Part shown: positions 37,672 through 52,336 of the stretch, piece by piece
Numbering within the stretch: position 1 is the stretch's first letter
How the letters are laid out: each line of letters begins with the position of its first letter
Assembly (NCBI RefSeq): GCF_021869535.1
Contig: NW_026262581.1
Span: 103,664,001 to 103,728,000, forward strand
Source: Mytilus californianus
Lineage: Eukaryota
Length of the DNA stretch: 64,000 nt
Direction: 5' to 3'
Notes under the pieces: generated by a model
Told to the model about the DNA's origin: nothing
The model's database searches: none
The model's input: the letters and a program-made list of their open reading frames with translations, nothing else
Translations under genes and position numbers: made by a program

Positions 37672-39261
37672 GTGTTGCCAAACTAATTTGACTATTGTTT
37701 TGTCAGCAAAATATTGTTTATAGTTGTGTAAAAAAGTAAATAAGCCCCTTTCTTTATAATTTTCTAATGCTGATCTCATTTCATTTATGAACATACCGGC
37801 ATTTATAATACTTGACTATGTATTTGCAAACATAAACACTATTTAGGGGGTTACTGTTTGAAAATATCTTCTCTTAGTTTAACATTTGAGAGAGAAGAAG
37901 GTTATCAACTTATTGTATATATTTGTATATATATTCTATGATTTGTTTCTCCCATTAAGCTAATCGTATAGAATTAAGAGATTTAAAAATGATTCGATAT
38001 ATGCTTGAGATAATATAAATAATGTATTTCGCTTACAATTTATGTCTAATGTAAAATGAAATCGTCATTTACTTTATAAAGAAAATAGCTGCAAATAAAC
38101 TTGTCACGTAAAATCCATGTTAATCAATTTATAATCATTAGAGCCCCCAAAATTAAACTACACAGCTATACTCAAAATGATTTTTCTATTTGACCAATAA
38201 CCTGGAAAAAAATAATCTTGTCACATTAAATTTAAAATGATTTTTCGTACATTAAAATATAACACCTTATGGAATCTCATTTTCGAAATATGGACAGGGC
38301 ACCCGAACATGTGTTTAAGTAAAAAGTTAACAATTGAATCTCATATATTAAGACCAGACCATAGTAAACCAACAATAATGCACAAAGAACAATTCATTAT
38401 ATACTAGAATAGCTAAAAACATTGAAGGGAATTATTTTGCAAATTCAACGGTGTAATTTCATTTTGGTAAAAATAAGACTAGCTACTAATTGCAAAACTA
38501 TCCACTAAATATCAAGACAATAGCTGTAAGGAGGTCTGACAATGAGGCAGAAAACTGCCGCTAATAAAATTGCCCAAGAGCATGAGTTCAGTTAAAAGTA
38601 GGTCGAATAGGACAAAACTAATGTATAATTTACACAACGAAATAATGAGTCATCCAAACATTTATGTAAACGGTAGATGAAGATTACTACTTTGCCTACT
38701 CCTTCCATGGATCTGTTCCACACTTGTTGAAGCCCAAATCCATGTTTACCTCAAGATTTTTAAGTGTTATTCTTGCTTTAGTTTTCTTTGTTGTTTGTTA
38801 AGATATTTTATGTTTCAATGTCTGTCTTTTTCTATCAGTCATAATCATGTATATTGATTGATTGGTGATTGAATACGCCGCATCAGCACTAGTCGTGTAT
38901 ATCTCTGATCCAACTTATCGTATGTTAATCTCAAACTTTTGAATTCGATATATAATGTACGGATTAAGTCAACCAAACAAAGTTTGAACACATATTACTT
39001 TTGCTCAGTTCTTTGGTACTGTCATAGAGTTAAACAGGACACTTTTAACAAGCCGCTCTTGCATGAAACATTATCATTGACCGTCTCTGACCGGATTTTA
39101 ACATGAGCAACGTGTCGGATGGAGTAGGTGGCGTTCTTTTTGACCAATTTTTATTTCTGTGTAGACTGTGGTTTGTCTTGTTTGTTCGTCTTTTTCCTTT
39201 TGTTCATGATGTTATCCGTCTTTCCACGACTTATGATTTGCGATTGTCATTCTGGTATCTT

Positions 39262-40440
39262 CTTCTATTTTTAGTCACGTTTTATTTCACATTCAAATAT
39301 ATTGATGATGTTCTTTCCATTAACAATCCAAACTTTTCTGATTGGATTCCATTAATATATCCCCCAGAACTAGAAATTAAAGAAACAACAGACACGACTT
39401 CCTCCGCTTCATTTTTAGACTTATACCTCGAATTTGACATACGCGATAATCTCAGTACCAGAATCTATGACAAACGAGACGCTTTTAATGTTGAAATTAT
39501 CAATTTCCAACTTCACCTGCATATGGGATATATATTTCCCAACTTATTTGGTATTCAAGAGCTTGCAGCTGCTATTCGTCTTTGTAAAACGTCACCAGTG
39601 TCTAAGTGGAAAATTGATGAACCAGGGGTATGTCAAAGAACGTCTCGTCCTTTTTTCTAAAAAAAGTTCATCGGAAGGTACCAAGACCTTGTTGATAAAT
39701 ATTCCGTATCAACCTTCCAAATAATACACGATGGTCTCGAAGTATAGATTCTGGGTACTGACGTTGTTTATCATCTTAATAACGTGTTATAGCATTCTTT
39801 TATTTGTCTTTATGAATATTACTTTTACTGTTTAGTCTGTTTTTTTGTGATATCAAATTGACGTGGCTCTGTACTTATACATCCCGTCATAGTGTAATTG
39901 TTCTATGGTAAAATTGTTGTATTCCTGTCTTTCATTTTTGCTAATGTACTTTGTCTATATGCCTTTTTGTGTTTTTTTTTTGTTACATATGACGTTGCTC
40001 TGTACTTACACATCCCGTCATTGTGTTATTGTGCTATGGTATATTTTTGTATTCTTGTCTTTCATTTTTGCTAATGTGCTTTGCCTTTTTGTGTTTCTTT
40101 GTTACATATTTGTTTGTTTTTATAGTGATTAATATTATAACACAATATTGACTGCTATACCCCTATTTTTGTCATTTTTACCTATTATGTCTGTTTGTTT
40201 TGATCACACATCGTTTTCAATATAATGGAATGTTATGCGACTGTCATACAAGTGAGAGGTTTAGCTAGCTATAAAACCAGGTTTAATCCACCATTTTCTA
40301 CATAAGAAAATGCCTATACCAAGTCAGGAATATAACAGTTGTTATCCATTCATTTGATGTATTTGAGCTTTTGATTTTGCCTGTTGATTACGGACTCTCC
40401 GTTTTGAATTTTCCTCGGCGTTCGGTATCATAGTTTTGTT
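39262..40440 (+). mobile_element. 5'-truncated Penelope-like element of a second subfamily: RT C-terminal part plus long 3' region with 131-bp tandem duplication
   Basis: FYFTFKYIDDVLSINNPNF..IYPPELEIKETTD..FLDLYL..IYDKRD (ORF 39103..39660), GYVKERL (39434 ORF). GACGT.GCTCTGTACTTA.ACATCCCGTCAT recurs at 39860 and 39991. Right boundary approximate. Confidence 0.8.
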
Positions 40441-40784
40441 TTTTTTTTTACTTTTTTTTAAAAATTTAGTTAAAACAGTGTCCATGTTTGATACGCCTCA
40501 TTGCTCAAATGAGAACGTAAATATACCACTCCCCAAAGTTTACTTTTAAATGGCCCTTTACGCGTTTTAAAAAAATGATTGATTTTTTTTTTATTTGCTG
40601 CAAGTGACGACACTCTAGTTACTTGGCTGACGTAAACATTGAACGAAATTTCAAATCTAGACAACCAAAAGATATGTTTATCGTCAATAAGCCATGTGAG
40701 TAAATCTCGAGTATCAAATATAAGCCAACAAAACTTTCTGTATGAAATAATGCAATATAAAGTTCATTTTTAACTGACTATAAA

Positions 40785-41480
40785 AATAAGGATATGTGGT
40801 ATGATTGCCAAGGAGACAACTATTCACCAAAGTTCAAACGAAGTGGATGTAATCAATTATAGGCAACCGTACGTCCTTCAACAATGAGGAAAAAAACGAG
40901 CATACCGTATAGTCGGCTATAAAAGGCCCCGACATGAAAAATATGAAACAGTTCAATTGAGAAAACTAACGGCCTAATTTATAACAAAACAATTTACGAA
41001 AAAACAAATATGACAGACATGAACCAACGACAACCACTGAACTATAGGCTCCTGACTTGGGACAGACACTTAAAGAATGTGGCCGGATTAAACATATTTG
41101 CTGGCGCCAAACCCTCCCCCTATACTGGGACAGTGGTGCAATAGTACAATATAAGAACAAACTATAAAAATCAGCTGAAAAAGGCTTAACTCATCAGATC
41201 GATACAAAGCAGAAAAACATGTAATAAAAAACCAGACCGGACGTGACGTGGCAGGGAATTTAAACTTCCCTCACAACAATAAAAGGACACAAAATACAAA
41301 TCTGAGAGTACTCGCAGTTACTGACAGCTATTTCAAAGCCAATAACAACTCATAAAAAATTATGAATCTAAGACTAAAATATCAACCAGTACAAATCCAA
41401 CATCCAACGGATTTAGTGTAAAGACGTCATTAACAGTCAGAGAAAAACATGACCTTGTGAAATGCCAAAATATAGATATC
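40785..41480 (+). repeat. Family A-related long repeat (diverged subfamily)
   Basis: ATAAGGATATGTGGTATGATTGCCAAGGAGACAAC...CGACAACCACTGAACTATAGGCTCCTGACTTGGGACAG...GAGAGTACTCGCAGTTACTGACAGC. Confidence 0.8.
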
Positions 41481-41539
41481 GACAGATTGTAGTACCGTGA
41501 ATGTGCATATGTGTATAACAATAATATTTAGTCAGCTAT

Positions 41540-42970
41540 TGTCACTAAGTTTAGACGTTTTAACAGGGGCAAACCTTCACCCTAACCTGAAACAGTGGTA
41601 TAACATTACAACATAAAACGACACACAATAAAATATCAATTGAAATGGCTTAACTCGATCAAAAAGACAATACACAAAGACAAGTAAATATACAGTGAAC
41701 GAATAAGTTTGATCTATGACACAATATAAATAAAAAAGATGTTTCAATTTCAAAAAAACAACTTTAACCAAGGACAAAATGGCGTTAAATAAAGTAACGT
41801 ACACAGGTATATTATAAGTTATCTACGTTCATATCCGTAGATATGGATATTTTAACACCCTGAAGTATCCAAGTACATCCTGAGGCGCAGCCGAAGGATG
41901 TACAGGGTACTGAAGGGTGTTAAAATATCCATATCTACGGATATGAACGTAGATAACGAATTTATCCCCGGTCTTAGTCTAAATCTGGCGATTTTTAGAG
42001 AAATTCGACCACAAAGTTAAACGTGAAAGCAACGTTTTTTTCATTTTTTAAATATCTTTTATTGAAATTTGGGAATTTGACATATTTTTAACGGGGTGTA
42101 GGGTACTACCTTTGGTAGAACCCTACAGGTAGACAAATATAAGACGTTTTTAAACTAGAGACAGAAAAACTGAAATGGGTCGAATTTGGCGCGCAATGTT
42201 GTGAGAGTTACATCATAAACGGTGTGACGTCAACGTGGGTCATTTGCATAGCTAGGTCAGTAGTACCATTCATTGACAATGTGGCTGCATAGTGATGCAT
42301 TTACTAAAATGAGTGCAAATAATCGATATAATAAGATAAAATCGTTAGTGGATTAAATATTTAATTATACAGACATCATGGAAAATCTACAGAATTCGAT
42401 ATTTCATAAGGAACAACCATGGAACTAAGGAAAACGTGCGTGAAATTCCCCGATGTAATGGGTAGCAACGTCCGGGGATATGGGTTAGCAACACCCAGGG
42501 GCTATGGGTTTTGTAACGACGTGCGTAAACCAATCAGAATCCTAGAAATATACTAAGCCGGGGATAATTAAATATAATAATTTTGTTGTTAGGAGTACAG
42601 AAACATTTTTTACAAAATAAATTTGTTATTCATATTTCGAGTACAGAAGTGAAAATTTTTTCGTCATACTAAATATCAAAGGTGGTACATATTAGAAATA
42701 GTAAGACGAGATATAACACAAAATAAGTAAACATTGAATAACAGAAATGCATTACAAATTGTGTCAACAGGTCAAATTAACACGAAAGTACGATTTGAGA
42801 GTACTCACAGTTACTGAAAGCTAGTTAAAAGCCAAAAACAATTAATAATAAAAAAACATGCATCAGAGACTAAAATCAATTAAAACACATCCCAGGCAGG
42901 GATTTAGTGTTTTAACGCCATGGACAGCCAAAGAATACATGACTTGTGCAATGCCAAAAATAAAAGTAAC
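41540..42970 (+). repeat. Internal part of a family A long copy, split by the 41813-42567 element
   Basis: 41560-41812 matches the reverse complement of 34250-34380 and 37020-37250; 42568-42880 matches the reverse complement of 36640-36960. Confidence 0.75.
41813..42567. mobile_element. Non-autonomous hairpin element 1 (~755 bp), possibly Crypton/tyrosine-recombinase type
   Basis: Perfect 44-bp inverted arms 41818-41861 / 41914-41957 around a GAGGCGCAGCCGAA loop; TTATCCCCGGTCTTAG (41962) inverted to CTAAGCCGGGGATAA (42553-42567); no clear TSD. Class assignment is inference. Confidence 0.7.
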
Positions 42971-43111
42971 GACAGGCAGTAGGATAGTTAGGATTTAACC
43001 TTATAATAAATATGTATGATGTTATGTATAGATAAAACAATTTCTAAATAGAAAATTAACGTGGATGTGTATATATACATCCCAAAAAAACATTCGAAAA
43101 GAATACAAATT

Positions 43112-43287
43112 AATAGCATGGTAATAGTCATTGTCACTGAGTTTAGTAAAAGCATGGTAATAGTCATTGTCACTGAGTTTAATAATAGCATGGTAATAGT
43201 CATTGTCGGTGAGGTTAGTAATAGCATGGTAATAGTCGTTGTCACTGAGTTTAGTAATAGCATGGTAATAGTCATTGTCACTGAGTT
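43112..43287. repeat. 36-bp minisatellite, ~5 units
   Basis: AATAGCATGGTAATAGTCATTGTCACTGAGTTTAGT at 43112, 43148, 43184, 43220, 43256. Confidence 0.95.
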
Positions 43288-45273
43288 TTCCTACAAAGGT
43301 CTTGATGATGACAAATACTTGTTTGTTGTTTTTATGATCAAAGTCTGTTGGTGGACAATAAAGAATAGAACTTGAAGATTTTTTTCATCGGATGATTAGC
43401 AGATTATTATTTACATCTGTATGCGTTGCATTCCCTCCAAAAAAGTGTTGTTATCCAAAAATATCAAACAGTGTCACTTAATGTCAAGTAAAAGTAAATA
43501 TCAACAGTCCCCTATTCCTGAACCAGACCAGAAGTTTACTAGTTTACACTTCGTACAGCAGGTAAACGGGAATGTCAAAGGCTTATGACAATACCAGTTA
43601 CGAAATAAACGAAAATTTTCGTATACTTATAGCATTTTAAACAAACAACGATCTTTTATTACACACATACTTCAAAGTATGAATGTAGGACTATTTCGAG
43701 TCCCATGGTGACAGGGAAACAGGCGTTCAGATACAAATGACACTGGATTTTTTTTCTCAATAGTACTAGTTTTAATATGTTGATTTTTCAAGAAGTTCCC
43801 TGAAGGGGAGTTTTAATCATAGCAGTTCAGCTACATTTCGACATAATGTTAAAATGCAAGAATAAAATTTATCAGATTACAATTGGCAGATGCGAATGCT
43901 GAAAAAGTGTTGGCATGGCCAGTTGAAGATGTGCACAAGATTTGACTTTTGGTTAATTCAGCATTTTGTATTGTTGACATATTGACTTTGATGATTTTTA
44001 CCAAAATTGAAATAGGGAAGTCGCATGAATGGGCTTGAATTTTGAAGGCTATTTTTAACCTTAATTAAATAGCTGATAATTTGTTAAGTTCTACAAAAGC
44101 ACGGCCTCTACACATTGAACAAATAGTATCCATTGGAAACGAAACAAAGTTTACTTTTAATTGTATAATCATTATTATATTAAATGGAAAATTAACAGAT
44201 TGAATTTCGCTTGCTCAATTTAAATAAATATTTAACCATTTCTATTCTGAGTTTTAAATCGGTTCATGTTTATTCGTGTCCTTCTTCGGATTAAAGAGGC
44301 CCACAAATCTCAAGTGGAAATATATGACAAAATATACACTTTTCAATTTAAAATACGTTTGTAATTTTCTCCGTGGAGCAAATACTTTTTATGTCGCGGT
44401 TTCTTTACTACTTTTTTGTCCTCTTTTTCTACTGTTTAATGAAGGTTCGTAATGTTTAATGAAATATTTAATTTTTTTTATTTTTGATGTACTTGATGAA
44501 ATATGTGGGCGTTTTGAAGTTTTGGGTTTCAAGTTTTCAGTCATCTTTTTGAAACTGATATTTTTCAAGCTGTTTTAAAGGTAATAGTCATATGTTATCT
44601 TGTCTATTTATTTTGATTAATAAGCGAAATTTAAGATTAAAAAGAGTTCAAACTTATGTCATTTATCTATTCATATCAAAATTCAGTACCTTGCCCGGCT
44701 TATGATTAAAACATAAGGTTTGCGTCACTTATTTTTCCTCCTCCCCTTTTCAACTGGAAAATCAGTGGTATCCACAAGCAAAAACAAAAAATGAATAGGT
44801 GTCACTCAAATTTATTTTTGTAACTGTAATACTTTACACAATCGTTTTAATAGTTCAAATGAGACTTTACTGAAAATGCAATAATTAAAAACGACTGGTT
44901 TAATATTACAAAGTGTTAAAAAAGTACGATATTAAAAATGGGAAGGTTGAGTGCTTAAAAGGCTAGTTAAACTCCGAGATATATTGATGAGTCTCCTAAG
45001 CAAGGAACCTCATCAAAACTGTCTTTATTTGTACCTAATTATTTTTTTCCTTTATTGATGGCAGATCTTGGATAATCTCTATTAATGTTTTCACTACTTC
45101 CAGTCCGGCTTGACAGTGTACATGTTCAGTGTATTCTGATCTGTTCTGGTATTACTCCAGAGATATTTTGTAGTTGATATGTTTATTTCTCTCTAGTAAC
45201 TCCCATGGTATAATTCTAGAGAATGAGAGACAATGAAATAGATGTTTGCTGCTTCATTCCACCAAGAAAGCTG

Positions 45274-45297
45274 TATATATATATATATATATATATA
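45274..45297. repeat. (TA)12 microsatellite
   Basis: Direct reading. Confidence 0.9.
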
Positions 45298-48200
45298 CAT
45301 ATATTTGTTTTTTTGTTTGATTAGGTGGAGGGGGATATGATAATTAGTGTTTGGCTCGCGTCTTGTATGATATAATCAAAGGCTAGATATATTTTGCCGT
45401 TGTCTCGTTACTTATATGAACTAGCACTTAAATCTGCACACTGATGCTTCTGTCCATATCTTACTAATCTTTCTAGGATTGGACATGCATTTAACTCTAA
45501 ATATTAAAACATCCATTTTCATCAATTATTGTAAAAAACACTTACAATTTTCACTTTTGTTGTCATTTTGTTGAAATGTTTAGACCCAAAGGTGGCAATA
45601 TGGGACACAGCTGAACATTTATAATCAGACTCAGCTATGCCAACATCTTGCCTAATCTGAGTCCAGATATCAAATCCATTGATTGCTGCTGTAATGACCT
45701 TCTCATCTATAAAACAAAATACAGTTTTGTCATATTTAGTATTAAATCAATCTTAAATATTGAATAAACTTATTTTTTAGTCAAAGGAAACATAACCGAC
45801 ATGGAAAATAGATATGAATTATACTATTTAACAGCACATGTTTTGTTTTCTTTTTTAAACAAACTAGCTCTTACCTTTGTAGTCAGTTTGAAACAGCGTG
45901 TAAAATTATATGGCAAAATGTCAGCAATTTGTGGTTTGAAAAATGTTAATTGGTCAATAATTACTATTTTGAAAAGCAAACTTCAGTCTGAATGCATCTT
46001 TTGTGTTTAAACGTTCTACTAGGTTGTTCAAACATACAAATCGATTTACTAAACATATGTAATTTTACATGGGAAATAATGAATATTGATAATTCAGGAA
46101 AAAATGTCAGGATCGAATTACCGACGTACATGTCAGTCGGATACTAAGGTCTACTGGGCCAGTCCATTTTTTAGATACATATAAAAATAAGAAGATGTGG
46201 TAAGATTGCCAATGAGACAACGCTCCACTAGAGACCAAATGACCTATAGGTCACCGCAGTATCTGCTGTCTAAAGTTTTTCTAACGTTATTCGTATAATT
46301 GTTTTATCACTTTAGATAGATTCTACTTACTTTAAAATTTTTATTTTGCTTCTGTGGTATATGCATTAGTAAGGAAAGTATGTAAATCGCTCAGTTTAAT
46401 TTTCTTACCGCTATAGACCTATATGACATAGAGCTCTTATTTCATGACGTGAATACTATAATATTTCATGTTTAAATATACAAACGTATGGTTACACTAT
46501 TTTTTGCAAGCAATAATGTACTTTTGAAAGACATAATATATACTAAATCATAAAAATTAAAACATTATATGCTAATTTTGCATTTTTAGTTATCAAGATA
46601 TAAAAATTGGGACGACATAATCAACTTCCGTCAATCGATAGACCCGGCACCCTGGTCAACAGACATTAATTAACATATGGCTTATTATTGGTTTGGTCAG
46701 TCGACAATGACATTTTTTTTGTGGCGAGATATTTTATGGGGAAAAAAAGAAAACTTTGATATATTTCTATAAAAATAATAAAACACTAGTATTGTCGAAA
46801 ATAAATATTCATAAACCTAAATCATCATAGAAATTCGAACTTTTATATTTAATTATATAAAACAAATTGAACCAAATGAATTCCTTAGTTCTTTAATTGC
46901 CATTTTGATTTTCAAAAACCTAAAGGTAAAACACCACTGACTATCTTGAGTGTATTAGATTGATATGTATTTGCCGTTTTGTTAGAGATTTATTTTATAA
47001 TCGAAATGGATTTAATACACATACTAACAGTAATATTTTCTACCTAATATTCCCTCCTCAAAATTACTCTCAGTGGACTCTATCTAAGTTGTAACCCTGT
47101 TCAAATGAGGTCCGTAGATTCGGTACTCGATAAACCTAATTCGGAGGATGGAATATGTGTTAATGCAACAAACGAGCTGAATAAGACTAACACATTGGTT
47201 CACTCTCGTACAAAGCGCATGGTAAATGTACAGATAAAAACATGATCTTCAGAAAAATTAACGGAAAAAAAATGTTTAAGCTGGAAAATTCAATTTTCAA
47301 AACCGTAGACTGGCCTGGTTAAAGAGTTAAAAAAATGTTAAAAAGAAATCTTCGTTAATTTGTCAAAGCGGCATATAAAAAAATAACTTCTGGTAATTTA
47401 TTTGTCGGAATAAGGCAGTTAATTAAGATCAGTTATTGATAAGGCTGTGAAATTTGTGTTTATGTTACTAATTCTGAGTTTCTGGTCGAAATAAGTATGT
47501 ACAATTGTGACTGAAATACATTAAATAATAATATTAGTAATAATATTAATAATAATTCTGATATAAAATAAAGTTATTTGCAATACTTACATCTTGTAAC
47601 TTCTATGTCTTTTAACACCTGAACTCCATATATCTATCTGGGAAAACCATCTACCTGCATTCTGAAATTGTAATATGGCTTCAGGGTTCAGATTAAAGCT
47701 GAGCAAACCTTGACGGATAATAGGCCCTTTCTACTTTGTAAACCAAACGATGAATGACAAATGTCAATATTTGAATTCGTTTTTAGAAAAGTTTGTTCTA
47801 ACAAAAACGGGTTCTTACACCGCGTCCATTAGACCAGCTTTGTCATGTTTTGTTTAGCTAACGATTTTACTTAGTATTTCTCGATCAAGTTTGTTTAGTC
47901 CTTATTGTCAAGAATCTAGCACCTTTTAGTGAAATTTAGTATTTCGTAATAGTACATAACGAGACCATGTGGCAGAGAACTAACATTTGTTACACAAATT
48001 TTCAAAATATTTCCACTTCTTCCAACACCTTAAATAATTTGCAAAGTTTATAATTATTTCTTCCAGTCATGTCAGAAACCTTAAAAGCACTCAACCCACT
48101 ACCAACCTTCAATGCAAATATGTCTACACGGTTTTCTTTTGAATAAAACAGATTTTTAATTTGAAAAGGTTTCCTCAATTCGTGACAGAAGTTTACATAG

Positions 48201-51200
48201 ACTCAAATTTAAATGATTGAAACGATTTTGAAATAAAATTGCTGTTTTTGTTCCCAAACTACAGGCGACCTTCAGGATAAAAAAGTGAGATATTATCTTC
48301 TTAAATTCTAAAGAAAATTAAATTGTCCAATCGGCTCAAAACTTTAAAATTTTCCCTTTTTTATAGGGAGATATGAAATAAAAAATACTGAAATTTTGAT
48401 ATTATCTCATGAAATGAAGAAATTTTGTCCTGGTTTGCGACAAATCTTCAGACAAGATCTGCAATATCTATTCCAGTTCTAATATGAAAGTCAGTCTTTA
48501 GTGAAACAATTTCAAAATTCTACACAAAACCTATGCGTTCATTCTTTAAAGTCTTACCACAAAATTATAATGTTTCTTTTGTATCAAATACAAATTTTCA
48601 TGAACTATTTTTTCTTCAGAAAAAGTGGTTTTATTCATTGTTTAGTTGAATCCGTTTTGCACTAAAATATAATTAATTCTATTTTCTTTACAATGAAAAC
48701 AACGAAAGATTATATTAAATTTTGCAATGGAACTTTTTACATAGCCTGAATAAAAAAAGACGAAGCTTGCAAGTTGGTTTTAGATTTTTGTCATTTGACT
48801 TTCCATGTAACTGGAATAATTACGTAATTTAGTCCAAGCAAAGCTGGTTATCTATACAGGATAGGGTAAGGCACAATAAGCAATTTACTTTTTACTTGCA
48901 TAAATTGGCGGAAAAAGAAAATTGCCTTTATGCGTTTGATTATTATCTGAGGTCATCTATCATATAAGCCTTGATTTACGATAAAATTAGTTTTTGGATC
49001 AAATGACGTGAAAAGAATGTATTGAAGATATATATAGAGACAGTGATCTCCGGAGACACCCACGAGAACTGTGAATAATAAGGACAAGTTTCTCCCAATG
49101 ACAAAGCTCTCTCAGTTATTAGCCTTTAAAGATCTTTTAGGATCCTTGTCGTATTTAATTCAACCACTTACTAATTTAAGTTTTTCTTTCGTTGCATGCA
49201 AGTTGTCATGATTACGTTCGTATACAATATCTTTCATGAATTAAAATTAATCATGATGTTAATGTGGTAGAAAAGCGCAACCAGTATATTGTTCTAAAAA
49301 AATATATTCATTTCTAATTTATTTATTTTTTTCTGTGATAATTTTTAACGTAATTTGGTGGGACAAAAACCTTGAAATTAATTTATAAATAAATCACTCA
49401 ATTATTAGGTCTTCATGACCATTGAATATTTTACAATTGATTTTTTAGACCTTAAACTGTTGAAATAATTGTTACAATTTTCTAAATGAATGGTAAGAAA
49501 AAAGATAATCTATACAGCGTTTTTTTTTAAATATACACATATTGTTTAATTCTCAAAGCAATTTAATATAATCTGTTCTGAAAACACAACAAAATAATAT
49601 CATGAACTAACATGCGTTAGCCAATTATAAAAAACAAAATAATCGTTTGTGTCAACTAAAAGAAATTGTTCAATGTTCATGACATTGGGCCAATTTAACT
49701 GTTCATTTGAATTTCGAATTTTTGTGTAATATTTTGACAAGAAAAATGCTACACTCTGGAATATTAAAAATGATAAAATATGAAAATCATAGTTCGAAAC
49801 TGAATGGAAAAGAACACCATTTTAATTACAGACGTAGACAACACTCCTTTTATTTTGTACTATTCCAGGTGCATTTATCATTATTGTATTATAACTCTCT
49901 GTTATTACAAAATTGTAAAGATATCAAACCGTGAAAAATAATTTTAATTTGGCAATTGCATTTAAAATTTTGAGTATTAAAATCATTTAATTCAAAGCAT
50001 TTCAATCACACTGCAATTCTATCTGATGTGTAGTGAAAAAGAACATTATGAATTAATTCGTGTACAGATGGATGCGCTCGACTTCGTTTTATTTACGCGG
50101 ACAACCACCTTATTGCTTGTACTCACATGCTCCAATTAAGAGATGTTGCGGTTCAACAGCATCAAGGAATACATTAAATTACAAACAAAACTGAAAATTC
50201 CACAATTTGACATGGCGAAAGTTTGGATATGATCGTGCGTCGCAACACACCAAACAGGAATGTCAGCCACTCTGCGATTGGGTAAAATCAACGTCAATAT
50301 ATCATCTAAACATAGATTTTGTAATATTAAGAAAAAGAAAAATATAAAATTGCGCAGTATATATTTGGATGATCCTGTTGAAATAACATCTGTATTATGT
50401 AATAAATAATTTAAAATTTGAAAAAAAAATATTCAACAATATTTTTTTCTCGAAGAAGAATATTTATCCAAATCATTGCTATCTAATTGGATTATGAAAA
50501 TTCAACTTTAAAAAAAAATAACAACTTAAATCGTGATTGCTTTTTTTTTCTTCAACTTGTCGAAAGACAAAAGGGTTTGCATTTCATGTGGTATCGAACC
50601 TTGTCCAGCAGTGAACTTAAAATATCTTTTTTTTATTTGTGTTGTTCAGTTATTGTCTCATCGACATGAACCAATTAAATCTCATTTTATCCATATAAAC
50701 TTGGCATATGTATTTGAATTTCTTAATTTCTGATCATCAGTTTAAGTCTTTGGTGCTAGTTTATCCAATTAACAATTGCGGTTTTATTTTTAAATAACCA
50801 TATAAAATTACTTTTGGTGATTTATTGAGGTAAAAAGAACACGAAACCCATTGTCTGATACGGTCTGAATTACTCACGCTGAAAACTCAAATGTCGCGAT
50901 GAAAAATGACACAGAGTCGGATGACATAGTACCAAATGAAGTGTTTCACCACGCGAACTATAAATTAAAGTCAAACGTTATAATTCTAAAATTTTATAAC
51001 CGACATGTCATAAATATCTCTTTTCTTTCAATCGAAATTCTTTAAATTAGCGTTCCCTTTATAGTTGAAACAATTTTCTTTATATACACATGATACAGTA
51101 AAATTGTATTCGGAAATTAACAAAATTTTCTTATATAGAATATGAAAAAAATGTTTTCATAATCGAAATTACAATCAGTGTGACATGCTCAGTAATAGCT

Positions 51201-52336
51201 ATATACATTTCATGTCCTAATAGTTGTCCTCCCCTCCCCGATTTACTCCACTTGCTATATGTTTGAATATACTGAAATGGATCGCTGTCAGTAACAAGCA
51301 TTACAAGGTTTCATATGGCTGACAAAACAAAATGGAAATGTGCACGTATTTACTTCCCTGTTTTGATATAAAATGGTAGGTGGACAAGATCCGAGAAAAA
51401 TTCCAAATGTACTTCCAATATAAAACTCATATGATAACCTTGATCCAATAATTGCCACCGTAATTAGTCTATCTAATGTCCCCAATAAAACGTAGCTTAC
51501 ATCCAACCCCGACCCTTCTGTCCTGTATTGTCCAGGTCAAAGAAATAGGCAGCTACAGATACTGTCATGACTTTTTAAATTATTGTTTATTCTTCGAATG
51601 AAAGTCTTCATCTAATAAATGCCACTAAACACGTTCTGGACTGAGATGGAAAGAAGTCAAGATGTGTTTTATTTACAGGCAGCGTGTATGATATGCATAT
51701 TTTATACACGCTTATTATACGTTCTTATCAAGCCATGCATGTAACCTTACATTGATATGACTTTTAGTTAATTGATAAAAAATAAGTCCACTAACCTCTA
51801 ATTATTTTCAAGTCTACCCTCCATGATATACCGAAGTCTGTCCTTTGGCTGTTTGAATGATAGATTTAAAATTAACTTAGAAATTTTTTGTCATCTCTTT
51901 TAAAAATACATTCGGCAGAATATTTAGTTAACGGATTTCGTTTTCTATTCACAACTATAAAGGGCGGTATTCGGATTATTGATGATTTTATGCACTAGCG
52001 AACTTGAATTTAACACCTAACTATTGAGTTTTCTTGTATTTTAAAACTTTCTATTCAACACAAATGACAGAATATGATAGACTAGGCCTATAGAAAACTA
52101 TATTCTATTATATTTTACCCTTCAACCTAATACAACAAGCAATCTAGGGATAATTACAGCCGAAAGAATGATGGCAAATGCAAATATGAACACAGTAAAT
52201 GAATAGGGGGACATTTGTTAGGACGAGTGTTTGTATTAATTTCTTTTGTGTTCTGAAAGTTGAACAGTATTTCCCTTCCCATCCCGATCATATTTGCTTC
52301 CAGAAAGTTCAATGGTCTGGAATAAGGGATAATAAG

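Noticed and set aside
41185-41200. Minus-strand CTGATGAG in the family A-related repeat
   Set aside because: No downstream GAAA or supporting stems.
42988-43375. ORFs on both strands over the 36-bp repeat
   Set aside because: They are open only because the unit lacks stops and is a multiple of 3. I saw no codon-position bias or recognisable domain.
43300-52300. Short ORFs and possible transposon ends (for example GGTTAAAGAGTTAA at ~47320)
   Set aside because: The ORFs are 60-75-aa low-complexity AT-rich frames, and no matching partner TIR was found by eye.
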